In this document: positions 1 to 10,602 of the stretch, in pieces
Position numbering within the stretch: the first letter of the stretch is position 1
Layout of the letters: each line of letters begins with the position of its first letter
Source: Ignavibacteriales bacterium
GTDB lineage: Bacteria > Bacteroidota > Ignavibacteria > UBA10030
Direction: 5' to 3'
Length of the DNA: 57,815 nucleotides
NCBI GenBank assembly: GCA_037446575.1
Contig: JBBIII010000003.1
Coordinates: 1 to 57,815 of the forward strand
Made by a program: the position numbers and the translations under genes
The notes under the pieces: model-generated
Database searches by the model: none
What the model saw: the letters and a program-made list of their open reading frames with translations, nothing else
What the model was told of the DNA's origin: nothing

Positions 1-99
1 AAGCCGAGAAACCTTGAAAAGGTAGCTGAGTTTTTCGCTATAAGTCTTTTAATGAACTCTAAAGATGTCAACCACCAAGATTATCTATGTTTGTATAGA

Positions 100-1935
100 T
101 CAATTTCTTTTCTCTAAAGTTACTTTTAACGTAAGTAATTCATTGTTACGCCGAATTATCACATCCACAACATCGCCGGCTTTATATTCACCAATTGCAT
201 AAGTGTAATCATAAATATTTTTAACATCTACTTTACCAAATTTAATTATTACATCACCAGCAATTAACCCAGCATTAGCGGCTGGACTTCCTGCACGAAC
301 ACCGGAAATTTTCATTCCATCTACCTGTTCTCCAAAATCTGGTATTGTACCTACATAAACACGCATATTACGTCCCATGAATCCTTGAGGTCGAGAAGTC
401 TCAACTACTAAATATTTTGGTTTTTCTTGCATTGTAGATAAATCCAATGCAATAGAACTTACAAATTGAACAACGCTATGTAGACCAGCATAATTGAGTT
501 TATCATAAGTGTCGTATGGTCTGTGATAATATTCGTTTAAATCTGTGAAGAAGTGCATTACTGGTATTTGTTTGCTATAAAAGGATGAATGATCGCTTGG
601 TCCATAACCGTCACTATTCAATTTTAAATCAAATTTTGCATCTTCATTGTGCTTTTTAACTAAGGAATCAAAAATTGTCGATGTTCCCATTCCATAAATT
701 ATCAATTTTTTATTGCGAAGTCCCCCAATCATATCAAAATTTAACATAGCAATTGATGATTCTATTGGGATAGTCGGATTCTTAACATAATATCCTGAAC
801 CGAGTAAGCCCATTTCTTCGCCTGCAAAAGCTATAAATAACATACTCCTTTTCAAGCTATCTCTTTGAAAAATAAAAAATTGCGCTAATTCTAATAGACC
901 TGAAACTCCAGACGCATTATCATCTGCGCCAGGATGAATTGCAAATGTATCCGGCTTTAACGAACCAGAATTTTCGCCGCCATATCCTATGTGATCATAA
1001 TGTGCGCCCAAAATTAAAGTTTCGTGTTTATATTTAGCGTCATTCCCTTGAATCATGCCAAGCACATTGACACCTGTAGATTTAACCTCATTTAGTTCTA
1101 CTTTTAAAAAAATTTTAATGCCTGCCTGCTTAATCGTATATGGAACAATAGAACTGTCAATATAATCTGTTATTTTTTTTATTGTATGTTCACTATTTGC
1201 AAAAATTTTGTTGAACAATGCACGCGTAATATTTATAACTAAAATCCCCGCTCTGCCAGTTGAGCGATCATAAGATAATTTCATTAATTCATCTTTATCA
1301 TATTGCTTTTCTGACGTAACGACAATTAGTGCTTTAGCTCCAAGTTCTTCTGCTTTATTCGCCTTATAACGAAGTGAAGAATATTTTTCAAATACTCGCT
1401 TTGTAGAATCATTGCCTGGAGCACCTCTAACAATAATTACAGCTTTATCTTTTACGTTGACATCTTTATAATCGTCATAATTATTTTCTGGCGACACAAT
1501 TCCATAGCCAGCAAAAACTATTTCTCCAGAAAATTCTCCGTCAGAAGAAAAACCAAGTGGTAAATAATCCTGGTTCAAAGTTGGAATTAATTCTACCTTA
1601 TCCCTATTTTTTTTTGAGGAATCGCGCAAATCTGAAATTTTAAATTCGTTCTTAAGTCCTAATCGTATTTCACTTACAAATTCAAATTTTTGAAAATATG
1701 AATTATCGTTCCCGGCTGGCAGTAATCCATACGACTTAAACTCTTCAGCAATAAATTTATAAGCAAGTTCTGCGCCAGCAGTTCCAGTTTTTCGCCCCTC
1801 AAGTTTATCAGATGATAAATATTTTACATGTTCAAGTAATTCGGGTATAGTTATATCGGGAGTTCTTTGTAATTGAGCCCATATACTGATTGGAAATATG
1901 AAAATTAGAAGTATGTAGAGTATTTTCTTTGCCAT
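100..1935 (-). CDS. Secreted M28-family zinc aminopeptidase with PA-like insert and C-terminal PDZ domain
   Basis: 611-aa ORF. N-terminal signal-like segment KKILYILLIFIFPISIWAQ. M28 metal-ligand motifs HYDH, GADDNASG and GEEMGLLGS. C-terminal PDZ-like GSPAANAGLIAGDVIIKFG. Confidence 0.8.
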   Translation of the reverse strand: MAKKILYILLIFIFPISIWAQLQRTPDITIPELLEHVKYLSSDKLEGRKTGTAGAELAYKFIAEEFKSYGLLPAGNDNSYFQKFEFVSEIRLGLKNEFKISDLRDSSKKNRDKVELIPTLNQDYLPLGFSSDGEFSGEIVFAGYGIVSPENNYDDYKDVNVKDKAVIIVRGAPGNDSTKRVFEKYSSLRYKANKAEELGAKALIVVTSEKQYDKDELMKLSYDRSTGRAGILVINITRALFNKIFANSEHTIKKITDYIDSSIVPYTIKQAGIKIFLKVELNEVKSTGVNVLGMIQGNDAKYKHETLILGAHYDHIGYGGENSGSLKPDTFAIHPGADDNASGVSGLLELAQFFIFQRDSLKRSMLFIAFAGEEMGLLGSGYYVKNPTIPIESSIAMLNFDMIGGLRNKKLIIYGMGTSTIFDSLVKKHNEDAKFDLKLNSDGYGPSDHSSFYSKQIPVMHFFTDLNEYYHRPYDTYDKLNYAGLHSVVQFVSSIALDLSTMQEKPKYLVVETSRPQGFMGRNMRVYVGTIPDFGEQVDGMKISGVRAGSPAANAGLIAGDVIIKFGKVDVKNIYDYTYAIGEYKAGDVVDVIIRRNNELLTLKVTLEKRN

Positions 1936-2124
1936 TGAACTTATATCTTCAAAATTGTTAATAAGTCATTATTCATAACAAATATACAACTTAAAAAGTT
2001 CAGAATTATGATTTTAATTACAAGTAAATATGTTGTTCACGTTTTTGGCAGCTAAAGTATTTTTTTTGTATTTTTATACAACAACAATGAACAAACTTAA
2101 TTTATTTACATTTGTGGAAAAATA

Positions 2125-2574
2125 ATGAAATTATCGGAAAAGATTAATGAAGATCTGAAAACTTCAATGAAATCAGGTGACAGTATTAAATTGAATACAA
2201 TACGTTCAATTCGAGCCTCGTTAATAGAGTTATCAAAAAGAGGTGCAGAAACAATTATAACTGAAGATGAAGAAATAAAGGTGTTGCTTGCTGCAGCTAA
2301 AAAGCGAAAAGAAGCAATAGAAATGTATGAAAAAGCCGGAAGAAAAGATTTGGTTGCTCAAGAACAAAAAGAGCTTGCAATAATAAATTCATATTTGCCA
2401 ACACAAATGAGCAGAGAAGAAGCAGAGAAAATTATTAAAAAAATAATTACAGAGATTGGTGCGGTTACAGAAAAGGATTTTGGAAAAGTAATGCCGCTTG
2501 CCGTAAAAGAATTAAAAGGCAAAATTGATGGCAAGTTAATTCAGGAAATTGTAAAACAACAACTTGGAGAATAA
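2125..2574 (+). CDS. GatB/YqeY domain-containing protein
   Basis: 149 aa. Full-length pattern typical of the YqeY family (IRSIRASL..., KKRKEAIEMYEKAGRKDLVAQEQKELAIINSYLP). Confidence 0.85.
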   Translation: MKLSEKINEDLKTSMKSGDSIKLNTIRSIRASLIELSKRGAETIITEDEEIKVLLAAAKKRKEAIEMYEKAGRKDLVAQEQKELAIINSYLPTQMSREEAEKIIKKIITEIGAVTEKDFGKVMPLAVKELKGKIDGKLIQEIVKQQLGE

Positions 2575-2577
2575 ATT

Positions 2578-3135
2578 ATGCTATTAGATATATTGCTTGG
2601 CGTTCCTTTGATAATGTTTTTTTTGTTAGGATTGCGTGATGGAATTGTTCGTAAAATTGTGGCAAGCATTGTATTTGTTGCCGCACTTTTTATAGGTCAA
2701 ATGTATATGCGCGAAGTAGGCAACTTTTTATATCAGAATGACTGGGTGAGCCAAGAAAATTCTGCCATGTATGGTTTTTTACTGATTTTTATATTAATAG
2801 CAATTGCTCAGGGGATTTTATACAAAGTTATTACAGGAAGTTATAAAATAGGCGGAATTGCTGATAGAATTGGTGGAATGATTTTTGGGTTTGTTGAGGG
2901 AGTAATATTTTTAAGCGCACTGCTTTTTATTCTTGCATTAGCTGGAATTCCAAGTCGCGAGACAGCTCGCTATTCAAAGTTTTATAAACCAATAGTCAAT
3001 ATTGCTCCTCAAATTTTAGATGTTGCGTCAACTACCGGAACGGAAACATTTGATAAAATAAAAAAATATGGCTCGCCAGACGATGCTAAAAAAGATACTT
3101 CTAGCAAAATAGATGAAAAACCCAAAAGAAAATAA
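2578..3135 (+). CDS. CvpA-family integral membrane protein
   Basis: 185 aa, about 4 hydrophobic helices. N-terminus MLLDILLGVPLIMFFLLGLRDGIVRK resembles CvpA. Starts 3 nt after the yqeY-like stop. Confidence 0.7.
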   Translation: MLLDILLGVPLIMFFLLGLRDGIVRKIVASIVFVAALFIGQMYMREVGNFLYQNDWVSQENSAMYGFLLIFILIAIAQGILYKVITGSYKIGGIADRIGGMIFGFVEGVIFLSALLFILALAGIPSRETARYSKFYKPIVNIAPQILDVASTTGTETFDKIKKYGSPDDAKKDTSSKIDEKPKRK

Positions 3136-3177
3136 TTGCAATAAGCAAGCAAAGCTTAAGAGGAAAAATAATTTATA

Positions 3178-5547
3178 GTGTTAACGCCGACTTCAAATCT
3201 TCCATCAAATTTTATTTCAACTCTTCGAAAATTAGATTATAACATTGTTTTAGAATGGATAGCAAGGTTATGTACATCCGAATCAGGGAAACAACAAGCA
3301 TTAAAATTAATTCCAAAGACAGATCGATTCGATATAGAACTTGAGCTTAAAAAAGTTTCTGAGGTTAAGGAGTTATTGATATCTGAAAATAATATTCCGC
3401 TAGAAAGCTTCAAGAATATTATTCCTGCGCTAAAAAAAACAACAGTAAAAAACCAAGTGCTGACAGCGGTAGAATTGTTAGATATTGCGTCGTTAATACG
3501 TATATCGCGCGCTATTAAATCTTTTTTATACAAACAAGCAAATCAGTTCCCAGCTATTGCTCAACTTCATCATACATTATTTTCGGACAAGATAATCGAG
3601 CATCACATAGTTAGCGCTATTGATGATAGAGGGGTCGTTAAGGATTCGGCAAGTCGTGAATTACGTGAAATAAGGCATGCTATAGTTGCAGCAAGCGATT
3701 CTTTGCGAAAAAAATTAGAATCTATTCTTCGCCATATTTCACAAAAAGAATTTTTACAGGAAGATATCATAACTACACGCGACGGAAGATTTGTAATACC
3801 AGTAAAAACTGAGTTTAAAAATCAAGTACCCGGTTTTATTCATTCAACATCATCGAGCGGTGCAACCGTATTTATCGAGCCAGCTGAATCTCTCGATCTA
3901 AACAATGCATTGCGAGAGCTTCAATTGCGAGAGCAGAGAGAAATACACAAAATACTAAGTGATCTTACCAATCAAGTTGCCACCATTCGAGAATCATTAG
4001 AAGTTAGTTTCAATACTTTAACCGAAATTGACGTAATATTTGCGCGAGCAAAATATTCGATTGAAATATTAGGAAATGCGCCAATCATTACAGATAAGCC
4101 AATTATAAAATTGATTGACGCACGACATCCAGTTTTATTACAACACCTAAAAAGAGGAGCTGTCGTTCCTATTTCTATAGAAATAGGGAAAGATTACAAC
4201 ACAATAATTATAACCGGTCCGAATGCCGGAGGCAAAACGGTTGCTATGAAGACCGTAGGATTACTTACTTGTTTAGCACAAGCAGGTATTCATATTCCAG
4301 CATCTCAAGATTCTGAAATTTATCCTTTTCAAAATATATTTGTTGATATAGGAGATGAGCAATCGATCGAAAATGATCTCAGTTCGTTTAGTTCGCACTT
4401 AATTTCATTGCGTACAATAATAGAAAATGCAAATGAAAACTCTTTAGTTTTAATCGATGAGATTGGTACTGGCACAGACCCTTCTGAAGGAGGAGCTTTA
4501 GGCGCTGTTGTTTTAAAGGAATTGACGAATTTAAAAGCAGTAACAATAGCCACAACACATCATGGAATGCTTAAAGCTTTTGCGCATGAAACATCAGGAA
4601 TTAGCAATGCATCTATGGAATTTGATCAAGAATCTTTGATACCTACATATCATTTTCGTTGTGGTATTCCGGGTAGTAGTTATGCGTTTGAACTTGCAGA
4701 GAGATTAGGCATACAAAATAAATTAATAGAACAAGCGCGTAAGTTAGTAGGCGATGAAAAAATAAAACTTGAATCGTTATTAATAGAATTAGAAAAACAA
4801 TCGCAAGAATATAAAAAACAACTTAACGAAACACGAAGTGAAAAGAAAAAGTTAGAAGATATTGTTTTATCTTATGAACAAAAGACAATACAATTAACGC
4901 GTGAATTAGGAACGATAAAGAAAAAAGCTTTAGAAGAGGCAAAACAACTAGTTCAACAAACTCGAGCAAAAGTTGAACAATCGATTAAAGAAATAAGAGA
5001 AAGTCAAGCAGATAAAAGCGTTATAAAGAGTTCTAAACAAGTCCTGAAACAACTTGGCGAAGAACTTCATAAATTGTATGGCGGTGAAGAGGTCGAAAGC
5101 GAAAGTGAAGATATAATAAATAAAGGGGACTTTGTCCGTGTTCGCAATGGTAATGAACAAGGCGAAGTTGAAGAAATACAAGGAAAATATGCAATTGTTC
5201 TTTGCGGGAATGCAAAATTGCGCATTGCTACAAAAAATCTTTTTAAAATTCGGAAATTACAGAGTACTTCGATTCATTCAAATGATGTAACAACAACTAT
5301 TCAAGCTAAGAACGAAATAGATTTACGAGGATTATTTGGAGATGAAGCAATTGAACAAGTACAAACATTTCTTGATAATGCATTTGCGGCTGGTTTGCAT
5401 AGGGTAGATATAATTCACGGAAAAGGTACAGGCGCATTGAGAAAAAGAATTATTGAATTTGTGAAGGAGTATCCTCACACAAAATCTTTTCGATTAGGTG
5501 AATGGAATGAAGGCGGTACTGGGGTTACAATAGTAGAATTGGCATGA
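3178..5547 (+). CDS. mutS2: Endonuclease MutS2 (MutS ATPase core plus C-terminal Smr domain)
   Basis: 789 aa with a GTG start. Walker A GPNAGGKT, DEIGTGTDPSEG, central coiled coil, C-terminal Smr (IDLRG...HGKGTGALR). Confidence 0.9.
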   Translation: MLTPTSNLPSNFISTLRKLDYNIVLEWIARLCTSESGKQQALKLIPKTDRFDIELELKKVSEVKELLISENNIPLESFKNIIPALKKTTVKNQVLTAVELLDIASLIRISRAIKSFLYKQANQFPAIAQLHHTLFSDKIIEHHIVSAIDDRGVVKDSASRELREIRHAIVAASDSLRKKLESILRHISQKEFLQEDIITTRDGRFVIPVKTEFKNQVPGFIHSTSSSGATVFIEPAESLDLNNALRELQLREQREIHKILSDLTNQVATIRESLEVSFNTLTEIDVIFARAKYSIEILGNAPIITDKPIIKLIDARHPVLLQHLKRGAVVPISIEIGKDYNTIIITGPNAGGKTVAMKTVGLLTCLAQAGIHIPASQDSEIYPFQNIFVDIGDEQSIENDLSSFSSHLISLRTIIENANENSLVLIDEIGTGTDPSEGGALGAVVLKELTNLKAVTIATTHHGMLKAFAHETSGISNASMEFDQESLIPTYHFRCGIPGSSYAFELAERLGIQNKLIEQARKLVGDEKIKLESLLIELEKQSQEYKKQLNETRSEKKKLEDIVLSYEQKTIQLTRELGTIKKKALEEAKQLVQQTRAKVEQSIKEIRESQADKSVIKSSKQVLKQLGEELHKLYGGEEVESESEDIINKGDFVRVRNGNEQGEVEEIQGKYAIVLCGNAKLRIATKNLFKIRKLQSTSIHSNDVTTTIQAKNEIDLRGLFGDEAIEQVQTFLDNAFAAGLHRVDIIHGKGTGALRKRIIEFVKEYPHTKSFRLGEWNEGGTGVTIVELA

Positions 5548-5572
5548 ACATATAGCTTAAGGTAAGACTGAA

Positions 5573-7840
5573 ATGAAAAAAATAAAAAATCAACCAATAA
5601 GAGGAATTGAAAAAAAGGTAACACTCGAACTTGCGAAAGAACATGGACTATTAGAAGAAGAATACGAGCAAATTTTAAAAATATTAGGACGCGTGCCAAC
5701 ATTCACCGAGTTAGGTATCTTTAGTGTAATGTGGAGCGAGCATTGCAGTTATAAAAATTCAATAGCACAATTAAAAACCTTGCCGCGAAAAGGTCCACAT
5801 TTATTAGTCGAAGCAGGTGAAGAAAATGCAGGACTTATTGATATTGGCGATGGAATTGCAGTTGCATTTAAAATAGAAAGTCATAACCATCCATCCGCCG
5901 TGGAGCCATATCAAGGCGCTGCAACAGGCGTAGGAGGAATTTTAAGAGATATATTTTCAATGGGCGCTCGTCCGATAGCGATACTTAATTCTTTACGATT
6001 TGGGAATCTTAATGATACGAAAGTGAGACATTTATTTAGACGAGTTGTAAAAGGAATTGCCGATTATGGAAATAGCTTCGGAGTACCAACAGTTGCCGGT
6101 GAAGTCTATTTTGATGAATCATACAAAGAAAATCCTTTGTTGAATGCGATGGCGGTTGGCATAGTTGAGCATGGAAAAATAGAAAAAGCCGTAGCAAAAG
6201 GAGAGGGCAATGTAGTAATGGTTGTTGGTTCAAAAACCGGAAGAGATGGAATACATGGAGCAACTTTCGCTTCGGAAGAAATTTCTGAAAGCTCTGAAGC
6301 TAAAAAGTCATCTGTTCAAGTTGGTGATCCATTTATGGGAAAAATTTTGCTTGAGGCAACATTAGAAGCAATTGCAACCGGACATTTAATAGGCGTACAA
6401 GATATGGGAGCCGCAGGAATAACTTGTGCAACAACGGAAATGAGCGCGCGCGGTAATTCAGGAATGGACATTAATCTTGAAAATATTCCTTTAAGAGAAA
6501 AAGATATGACTCCTTATGAAATAATGCTTTCAGAGTCGCAAGAAAGAATGCTTTTTATAGTTGAGAAAGGATACGAAAATAAAATTTTAGACGTACTGAA
6601 AAAATGGGATATAGAAGCATCAATAATTGGGAGAGTAAAGAATCAGCAATTAGTAACAATCAAACTTAACAATGAAATTGTCGCTGAAGTGCCAACAGAA
6701 CCGCTTGTATTGGGTGGAACTGGAGCGCCAATATATATTCGAGAAACAAAAAAACCAAGTTATTTGGTGGAATGCAAAAAATTTAATATAAACGATATAA
6801 ATACACAAACCGATCTTAATGAAACATTAATTAAGTTAGTAAAGCGACCAGCAATAGCAAGCAAACGTTGGGTATATGAACAATACGATTCTATGGTGAG
6901 GACAAACAGCATAATAGTATCTGATGCGGATGCAGCTGTAATTAGAATAAAACAAACGAAGAAAGCCTTTGCTATTAAAACAGACTGTAATGCTAAATTT
7001 GTCTACTTAAATCCGAGAGAGGGTACAAAAATAGCGGTAGCTGAAGCAGCGAGAAATGTTGCATGCGTAGGGGCAAAACCAATTGCGATAACAAATTGCC
7101 TAAATTTTGGCAATCCTTATGATCCGGAAATATATTGGCAATTTTCCGAATCTATTGCAGGAATGAGAGAAGCATGCGTTACATTTAATACTCCAGTAAC
7201 CGGAGGAAATGTAAGCTTTTATAATGAAAGTTCAATTGGAGCAATTATGCCGACGCCTGTAATAGGTATGTTAGGTATTATAAATGACATTGACTACATA
7301 GTAACAGCAAAATTTAAACAAGAAGATGATATTATTTTAGAATTAGGAAAAAATAAAAATGAAGTTGGCGGTTCAGAGTACTTATCAATGATTAGCGGTA
7401 AGACGTTAGGAAATGTTCCAAATATTGATCTAAAATATGAATATAATTTGCACCAACTTTGTGAGGAACTAGCAATCAATAATTTAGTGCAATCAATGCA
7501 TGATATATCAGATGGCGGCTTACTAGTTGCATTGGTGGAATGTTTAGACACAAACGACAACTTAGGATTTGAAGTAAAATATTTAGAAGACGAGTCTATA
7601 AGACCTGATTTAGCTTATTTTAGCGAATCGCAATCAAGAATAATTGTAACTTGTCAACCTGATCAAATTTTGCAATTAATAGAAAAAACAAAAAAATATA
7701 ATATTGACTACAAGAAAATAGGGGTGGTTACTAATAACGGAAGAATAAAAATTGATGATAAAATTGACTTACAAGCAAGCATTGTTTTAAACGAATACAA
7801 AACAGCAATAGAAAAGAGTATGCTAATAGAAGAAGAATGA
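5573..7840 (+). CDS. purL: Phosphoribosylformylglycinamidine synthase subunit PurL
   Basis: 755 aa. [25 protein letters not shown] and duplicated AIR-synthase-like halves typical of small PurL. Confidence 0.95.
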   Translation: MKKIKNQPIRGIEKKVTLELAKEHGLLEEEYEQILKILGRVPTFTELGIFSVMWSEHCSYKNSIAQLKTLPRKGPHLLVEAGEENAGLIDIGDGIAVAFKIESHNHPSAVEPYQGAATGVGGILRDIFSMGARPIAILNSLRFGNLNDTKVRHLFRRVVKGIADYGNSFGVPTVAGEVYFDESYKENPLLNAMAVGIVEHGKIEKAVAKGEGNVVMVVGSKTGRDGIHGATFASEEISESSEAKKSSVQVGDPFMGKILLEATLEAIATGHLIGVQDMGAAGITCATTEMSARGNSGMDINLENIPLREKDMTPYEIMLSESQERMLFIVEKGYENKILDVLKKWDIEASIIGRVKNQQLVTIKLNNEIVAEVPTEPLVLGGTGAPIYIRETKKPSYLVECKKFNINDINTQTDLNETLIKLVKRPAIASKRWVYEQYDSMVRTNSIIVSDADAAVIRIKQTKKAFAIKTDCNAKFVYLNPREGTKIAVAEAARNVACVGAKPIAITNCLNFGNPYDPEIYWQFSESIAGMREACVTFNTPVTGGNVSFYNESSIGAIMPTPVIGMLGIINDIDYIVTAKFKQEDDIILELGKNKNEVGGSEYLSMISGKTLGNVPNIDLKYEYNLHQLCEELAINNLVQSMHDISDGGLLVALVECLDTNDNLGFEVKYLEDESIRPDLAYFSESQSRIIVTCQPDQILQLIEKTKKYNIDYKKIGVVTNNGRIKIDDKIDLQASIVLNEYKTAIEKSMLIEEE

Positions 7841-7887
7841 AAAAGGGAGATTGTATTCTGCATAATAGGTATTATGTCCTACAATTT

Positions 7888-8802
7888 CTATTTATTCGTA
7901 ATAATTGAAATCGCTTTTTCTTTAACACTAATTTCTATTTTCATACATTCTTCTTCCAATATTTCGCCATCTATATGCACAATAAACGGAGTGCTTGATT
8001 CTAAATAAACAGACTTTATTTTACGCATTAGCACTTTTTCATGACTACCATGTGATCCTTTTATAATTTTTGGTATGACTGTTAATGCAAATCTAATTGG
8101 CATTTTCTTGATTAAACATAAATTAAGATATCCATCATCAGGCACAGCATCTGGCACCATATTAAAACCACCGCCTTCAAATTTTCCATTACCAACACAC
8201 AACAAAAACGAGTCTTCATATAATACTTGGTCATCGAATTTAATTTTAAAAAAAGTTGTCCGGTAAAATATTAAAGTTCTTATTGTAGCTATAAGATATA
8301 ATGCTAATCCACGTATGTGTTTAAATCGTTTTGTTTCTTTTGCTATCGAAGCATCAATTCCGATTCCTAAAGTATTAATGAAGTATCTGTTTTTTTTCAA
8401 TCCAGATTTATTTTGTAGACTTACGCGACCGACATCAATAATTCTTTTTTTTGAATTACTAATAACATCAAACATCTCATCGATATTTTTTGGCATTCCG
8501 ATAATTTTATTAAAATCATTTCCGGAACCAATAGGTATATAAGCCAATGAAGTTGTGCTTCCAATTAATCCGTTAGCTACTTCATTTGCCGTGCCATCTC
8601 CGCCTGCAGAAATAATAAATGGATAATTATTTTTAAGTCTTTGTGTAATATCTAAGGCGTGCATTTGCCCATTAGTATATTCGATATGAAAAGAAATTTG
8701 TTTGTCGCTTAAATACTTGATGAGCTTATTTTTAACTTTAAGAGCTTTGCCACGTCCAGCATTTGGATTGAATATTATTGCGAGGGGCTGATTTTGAGAC
8801 AT
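7888..8802 (-). CDS. Diacylglycerol/lipid kinase family protein (YegS/BmrU type)
   Basis: 304 aa. IIFNPNAGRGKA N-terminus and SAGGDGTANEV (GGDGT) motif. Confidence 0.85.
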   Translation of the reverse strand: MSQNQPLAIIFNPNAGRGKALKVKNKLIKYLSDKQISFHIEYTNGQMHALDITQRLKNNYPFIISAGGDGTANEVANGLIGSTTSLAYIPIGSGNDFNKIIGMPKNIDEMFDVISNSKKRIIDVGRVSLQNKSGLKKNRYFINTLGIGIDASIAKETKRFKHIRGLALYLIATIRTLIFYRTTFFKIKFDDQVLYEDSFLLCVGNGKFEGGGFNMVPDAVPDDGYLNLCLIKKMPIRFALTVIPKIIKGSHGSHEKVLMRKIKSVYLESSTPFIVHIDGEILEEECMKIEISVKEKAISIITNK

Positions 8803-8855
8803 TGATTTAATATTTAAATCGAATCCTATGTAGTACTGTTACATTATTTTTTTTG

Positions 8856-9219
8856 TGGAGGTGCGGGGAGTCGAACCCCGGTCCGAAAAGAAGCTGTTTA
8901 AAACTTCTACATACATATCTTGCCATTATATCTCGTGTAAGGGAACTCCGGCAAGCTGGATTTACCATACACCAGTTCAAGTTATCCGTTTTTCAACGGT
9001 TTTGCTCTTTCTCCTTGAACAAAAGTCGAGCTATCCCATTATAAGCGACATCTATCTTTGCCTTAATGGGCATTGGTAAAGTAGATGGGTTGCCTATTTT
9101 AGGCAGCCAGTGCGTAATCGTAATTGGCACTTATATTTTTACCGCTTTTTAACGTGGACACGGCAACCACGGCATGCAGTTTTAAACTTCCTCATCTCCG
9201 TCGAAGCCATTTCACCCCC
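8856..9219 (-). ncRNA. ssrA: tmRNA (SsrA), one-piece, tag reading frame GCC AAU UAC GAU UAC GCA CUG GCU GCC UAA
   Basis: The minus strand begins GGGGGUGAAAUGGCUUCGACGGAG and ends GGACCGGGGUUCGACUCCCCGCACCUCCA (tRNA-Ala-like acceptor and T arm, CCA not encoded). The tag ORF at 9128..9099 encodes ANYDYALAA plus stop, preceded by AAAAAUAUAAGU as in the E. coli resume context. Confidence 0.9.
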
Positions 9220-9247
9220 GACGATAAATTGAAGTCTAAACTACTTA

Positions 9248-9276
9248 AATATATCAATCCCCTGTTAAATTTCCAA
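9248..9276 (-). promoter_or_regulatory. Candidate sigma70-type promoter for ssrA
   Basis: Minus strand reads TTGGAA - 17 nt - TATATT, ending about 28 nt upstream of the mature tmRNA 5' end and just downstream of the LOG gene stop. Confidence 0.35.
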
Positions 9277-9280
9277 ATGC

Positions 9281-10108
9281 TTAAATTTTTTGTGTTTCAA
9301 TTGGATAGTTAGTGCTTAATTCATTTACAATATAATCGAATGCTTCTTTCGGCGAGTCTAAAAGTCTGTATAGCTCTATATCATTTGGGCTTATTAATCG
9401 CCATTTAATTAGAGCATTAAAGTTTATAATTTCATTCCAAAATTCTTTTCCATATAGTACAATCGTGATTTTCTTTTTGAGTTTTTGTGTTTGAACTAAT
9501 GTCAACACCTCCATCATTTCATCTAAGGTGCCGAAACCACCTGGGAACATTACAAATGCCTTTGATAGATAAACAAACCACAGTTTTCTCATGAAAAAGT
9601 AATGAAATTCAAAATTTAGTTCTGATGTGATATATCGATTAGGCATTTGTTCAAATGGGAGACTTATATTTAAACCAATGGATTTACCTCTTGCTAAACT
9701 TGCTCCTCTATTTGCGGCCTCCATAATTCCAGGTCCCCCGCCTGAACATATAACAAATCGGTTTGGCTCTCTTAGAGATTGAGACCATTTAGTTAACATT
9801 TTTGATAACTCTACCGCGTCTTTATAATAACGCGACATTGTCAAATCTCTTTTTAATTCTTCTAATTTATGTTTAGAATATTTAGTTGAATACAATGATT
9901 TTTTTTGTCTTAAAATTAATTCTCTTAATTTGTTTTTACACTCTTTTTCAGGTCTAATTCTTGCTGATCCAAAAAATACAATTGTATCCTTTATACCTTC
10001 GCGCCTAAGTTGCTGTTGTGGTTCGAGAAATTCGGCTAAAAGGCGGATAGGTCTAGCGGCTGGGCTATCTAAAAATTTTTGATTGTGGTATGCTTTTTTT
10101 AGTTTCAT
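9281..10108 (-). CDS. LOG-family (TIGR00730-type) nucleotide N-glycosidase-like protein with an internal insertion
   Basis: 275 aa. GGGPGIMEAANRGA and PGGFGTLDEMMEVLTLVQT motifs. About 35 extra residues lie between FFGSAR and the first core helix, compared with the paralog at 33912..34640. Confidence 0.85.
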   Translation of the reverse strand: MKLKKAYHNQKFLDSPAARPIRLLAEFLEPQQQLRREGIKDTIVFFGSARIRPEKECKNKLRELILRQKKSLYSTKYSKHKLEELKRDLTMSRYYKDAVELSKMLTKWSQSLREPNRFVICSGGGPGIMEAANRGASLARGKSIGLNISLPFEQMPNRYITSELNFEFHYFFMRKLWFVYLSKAFVMFPGGFGTLDEMMEVLTLVQTQKLKKKITIVLYGKEFWNEIINFNALIKWRLISPNDIELYRLLDSPKEAFDYIVNELSTNYPIETQKI

Positions 10109-10593
10109 ATATGATCAATTTTTTTGTTGTATTTATTTGTAAGAAATTTTTTAAGCTGTGAAAACGATTTGAATGAATGCGTAACGCAACCTAAAATCCA
10201 ACCTGGAATATTTTCCAAATTCATTTTCGTAACCAAATAAACAGGTTTTTTAAAAAACCGCGCAATTGTTAACTCACCTTTTGTGCCAGCACCCTTTTGC
10301 GCGCTTTTATCCCAGTAGCAAATAACGTAATTAGAACGAAATGCTATTTCTTTTGTATCGATATCAACAAATTTCCTTGTAATTTTAAAATAGTCTTCGA
10401 TATTGGTTGATTTAAGAGAACGAAAATTATTGTTTAGCAATAATTTATTTAAAAGTTTATCACTTTCTTTATTAGGATTAAAGACTGAATGGCCTAATTC
10501 AATTTTTAACCAATTTTCCATTTGGTTACGCCAATCAATGCCCTCATTTTTTGCATATTCCATACCACCAGATAGATAAACACGAATTTTCAT
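10105..10593 (-). CDS. Nucleoside 2-deoxyribosyltransferase-like (YtoQ / PF15891-like) protein
   Basis: 162 aa. VYLSGGMEY...DWRNQ N-terminus and GAGTKGELTIA...KPVYLV resemble the YtoQ/NDT-like Rossmannoid family (recognised from memory). ATGA overlap with the downstream LOG gene. Confidence 0.6.
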   Translation of the reverse strand: MKIRVYLSGGMEYAKNEGIDWRNQMENWLKIELGHSVFNPNKESDKLLNKLLLNNNFRSLKSTNIEDYFKITRKFVDIDTKEIAFRSNYVICYWDKSAQKGAGTKGELTIARFFKKPVYLVTKMNLENIPGWILGCVTHSFKSFSQLKKFLTNKYNKKIDHI

Positions 10594-10602
10594 TTTAATT
10601 TT

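Noticed and set aside
1-99. Possible 3' end or start of a neighbouring gene at the left edge
   Set aside because: The segment is too short. No convincing frame or motif is present.
7861-7876. CATAATA-gg-TATTATG palindrome between purL and the lipid kinase gene as a bidirectional terminator
   Set aside because: The stem is AT-only with a 2-nt loop and no flanking T-run on either strand, so it is too weak to call.
8853-9079. Two + strand ORFs (63 and 74 aa) from the track
   Set aside because: They lie entirely inside the minus-strand tmRNA gene. The GC-rich structured RNA creates open frames by chance.
7888-9280. Genomic island integrated at the ssrA 3' end
   Set aside because: The gene next to the tmRNA 3' end is an ordinary lipid kinase. 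No duplicated ssrA 3' segment or integrase occurs in the window.
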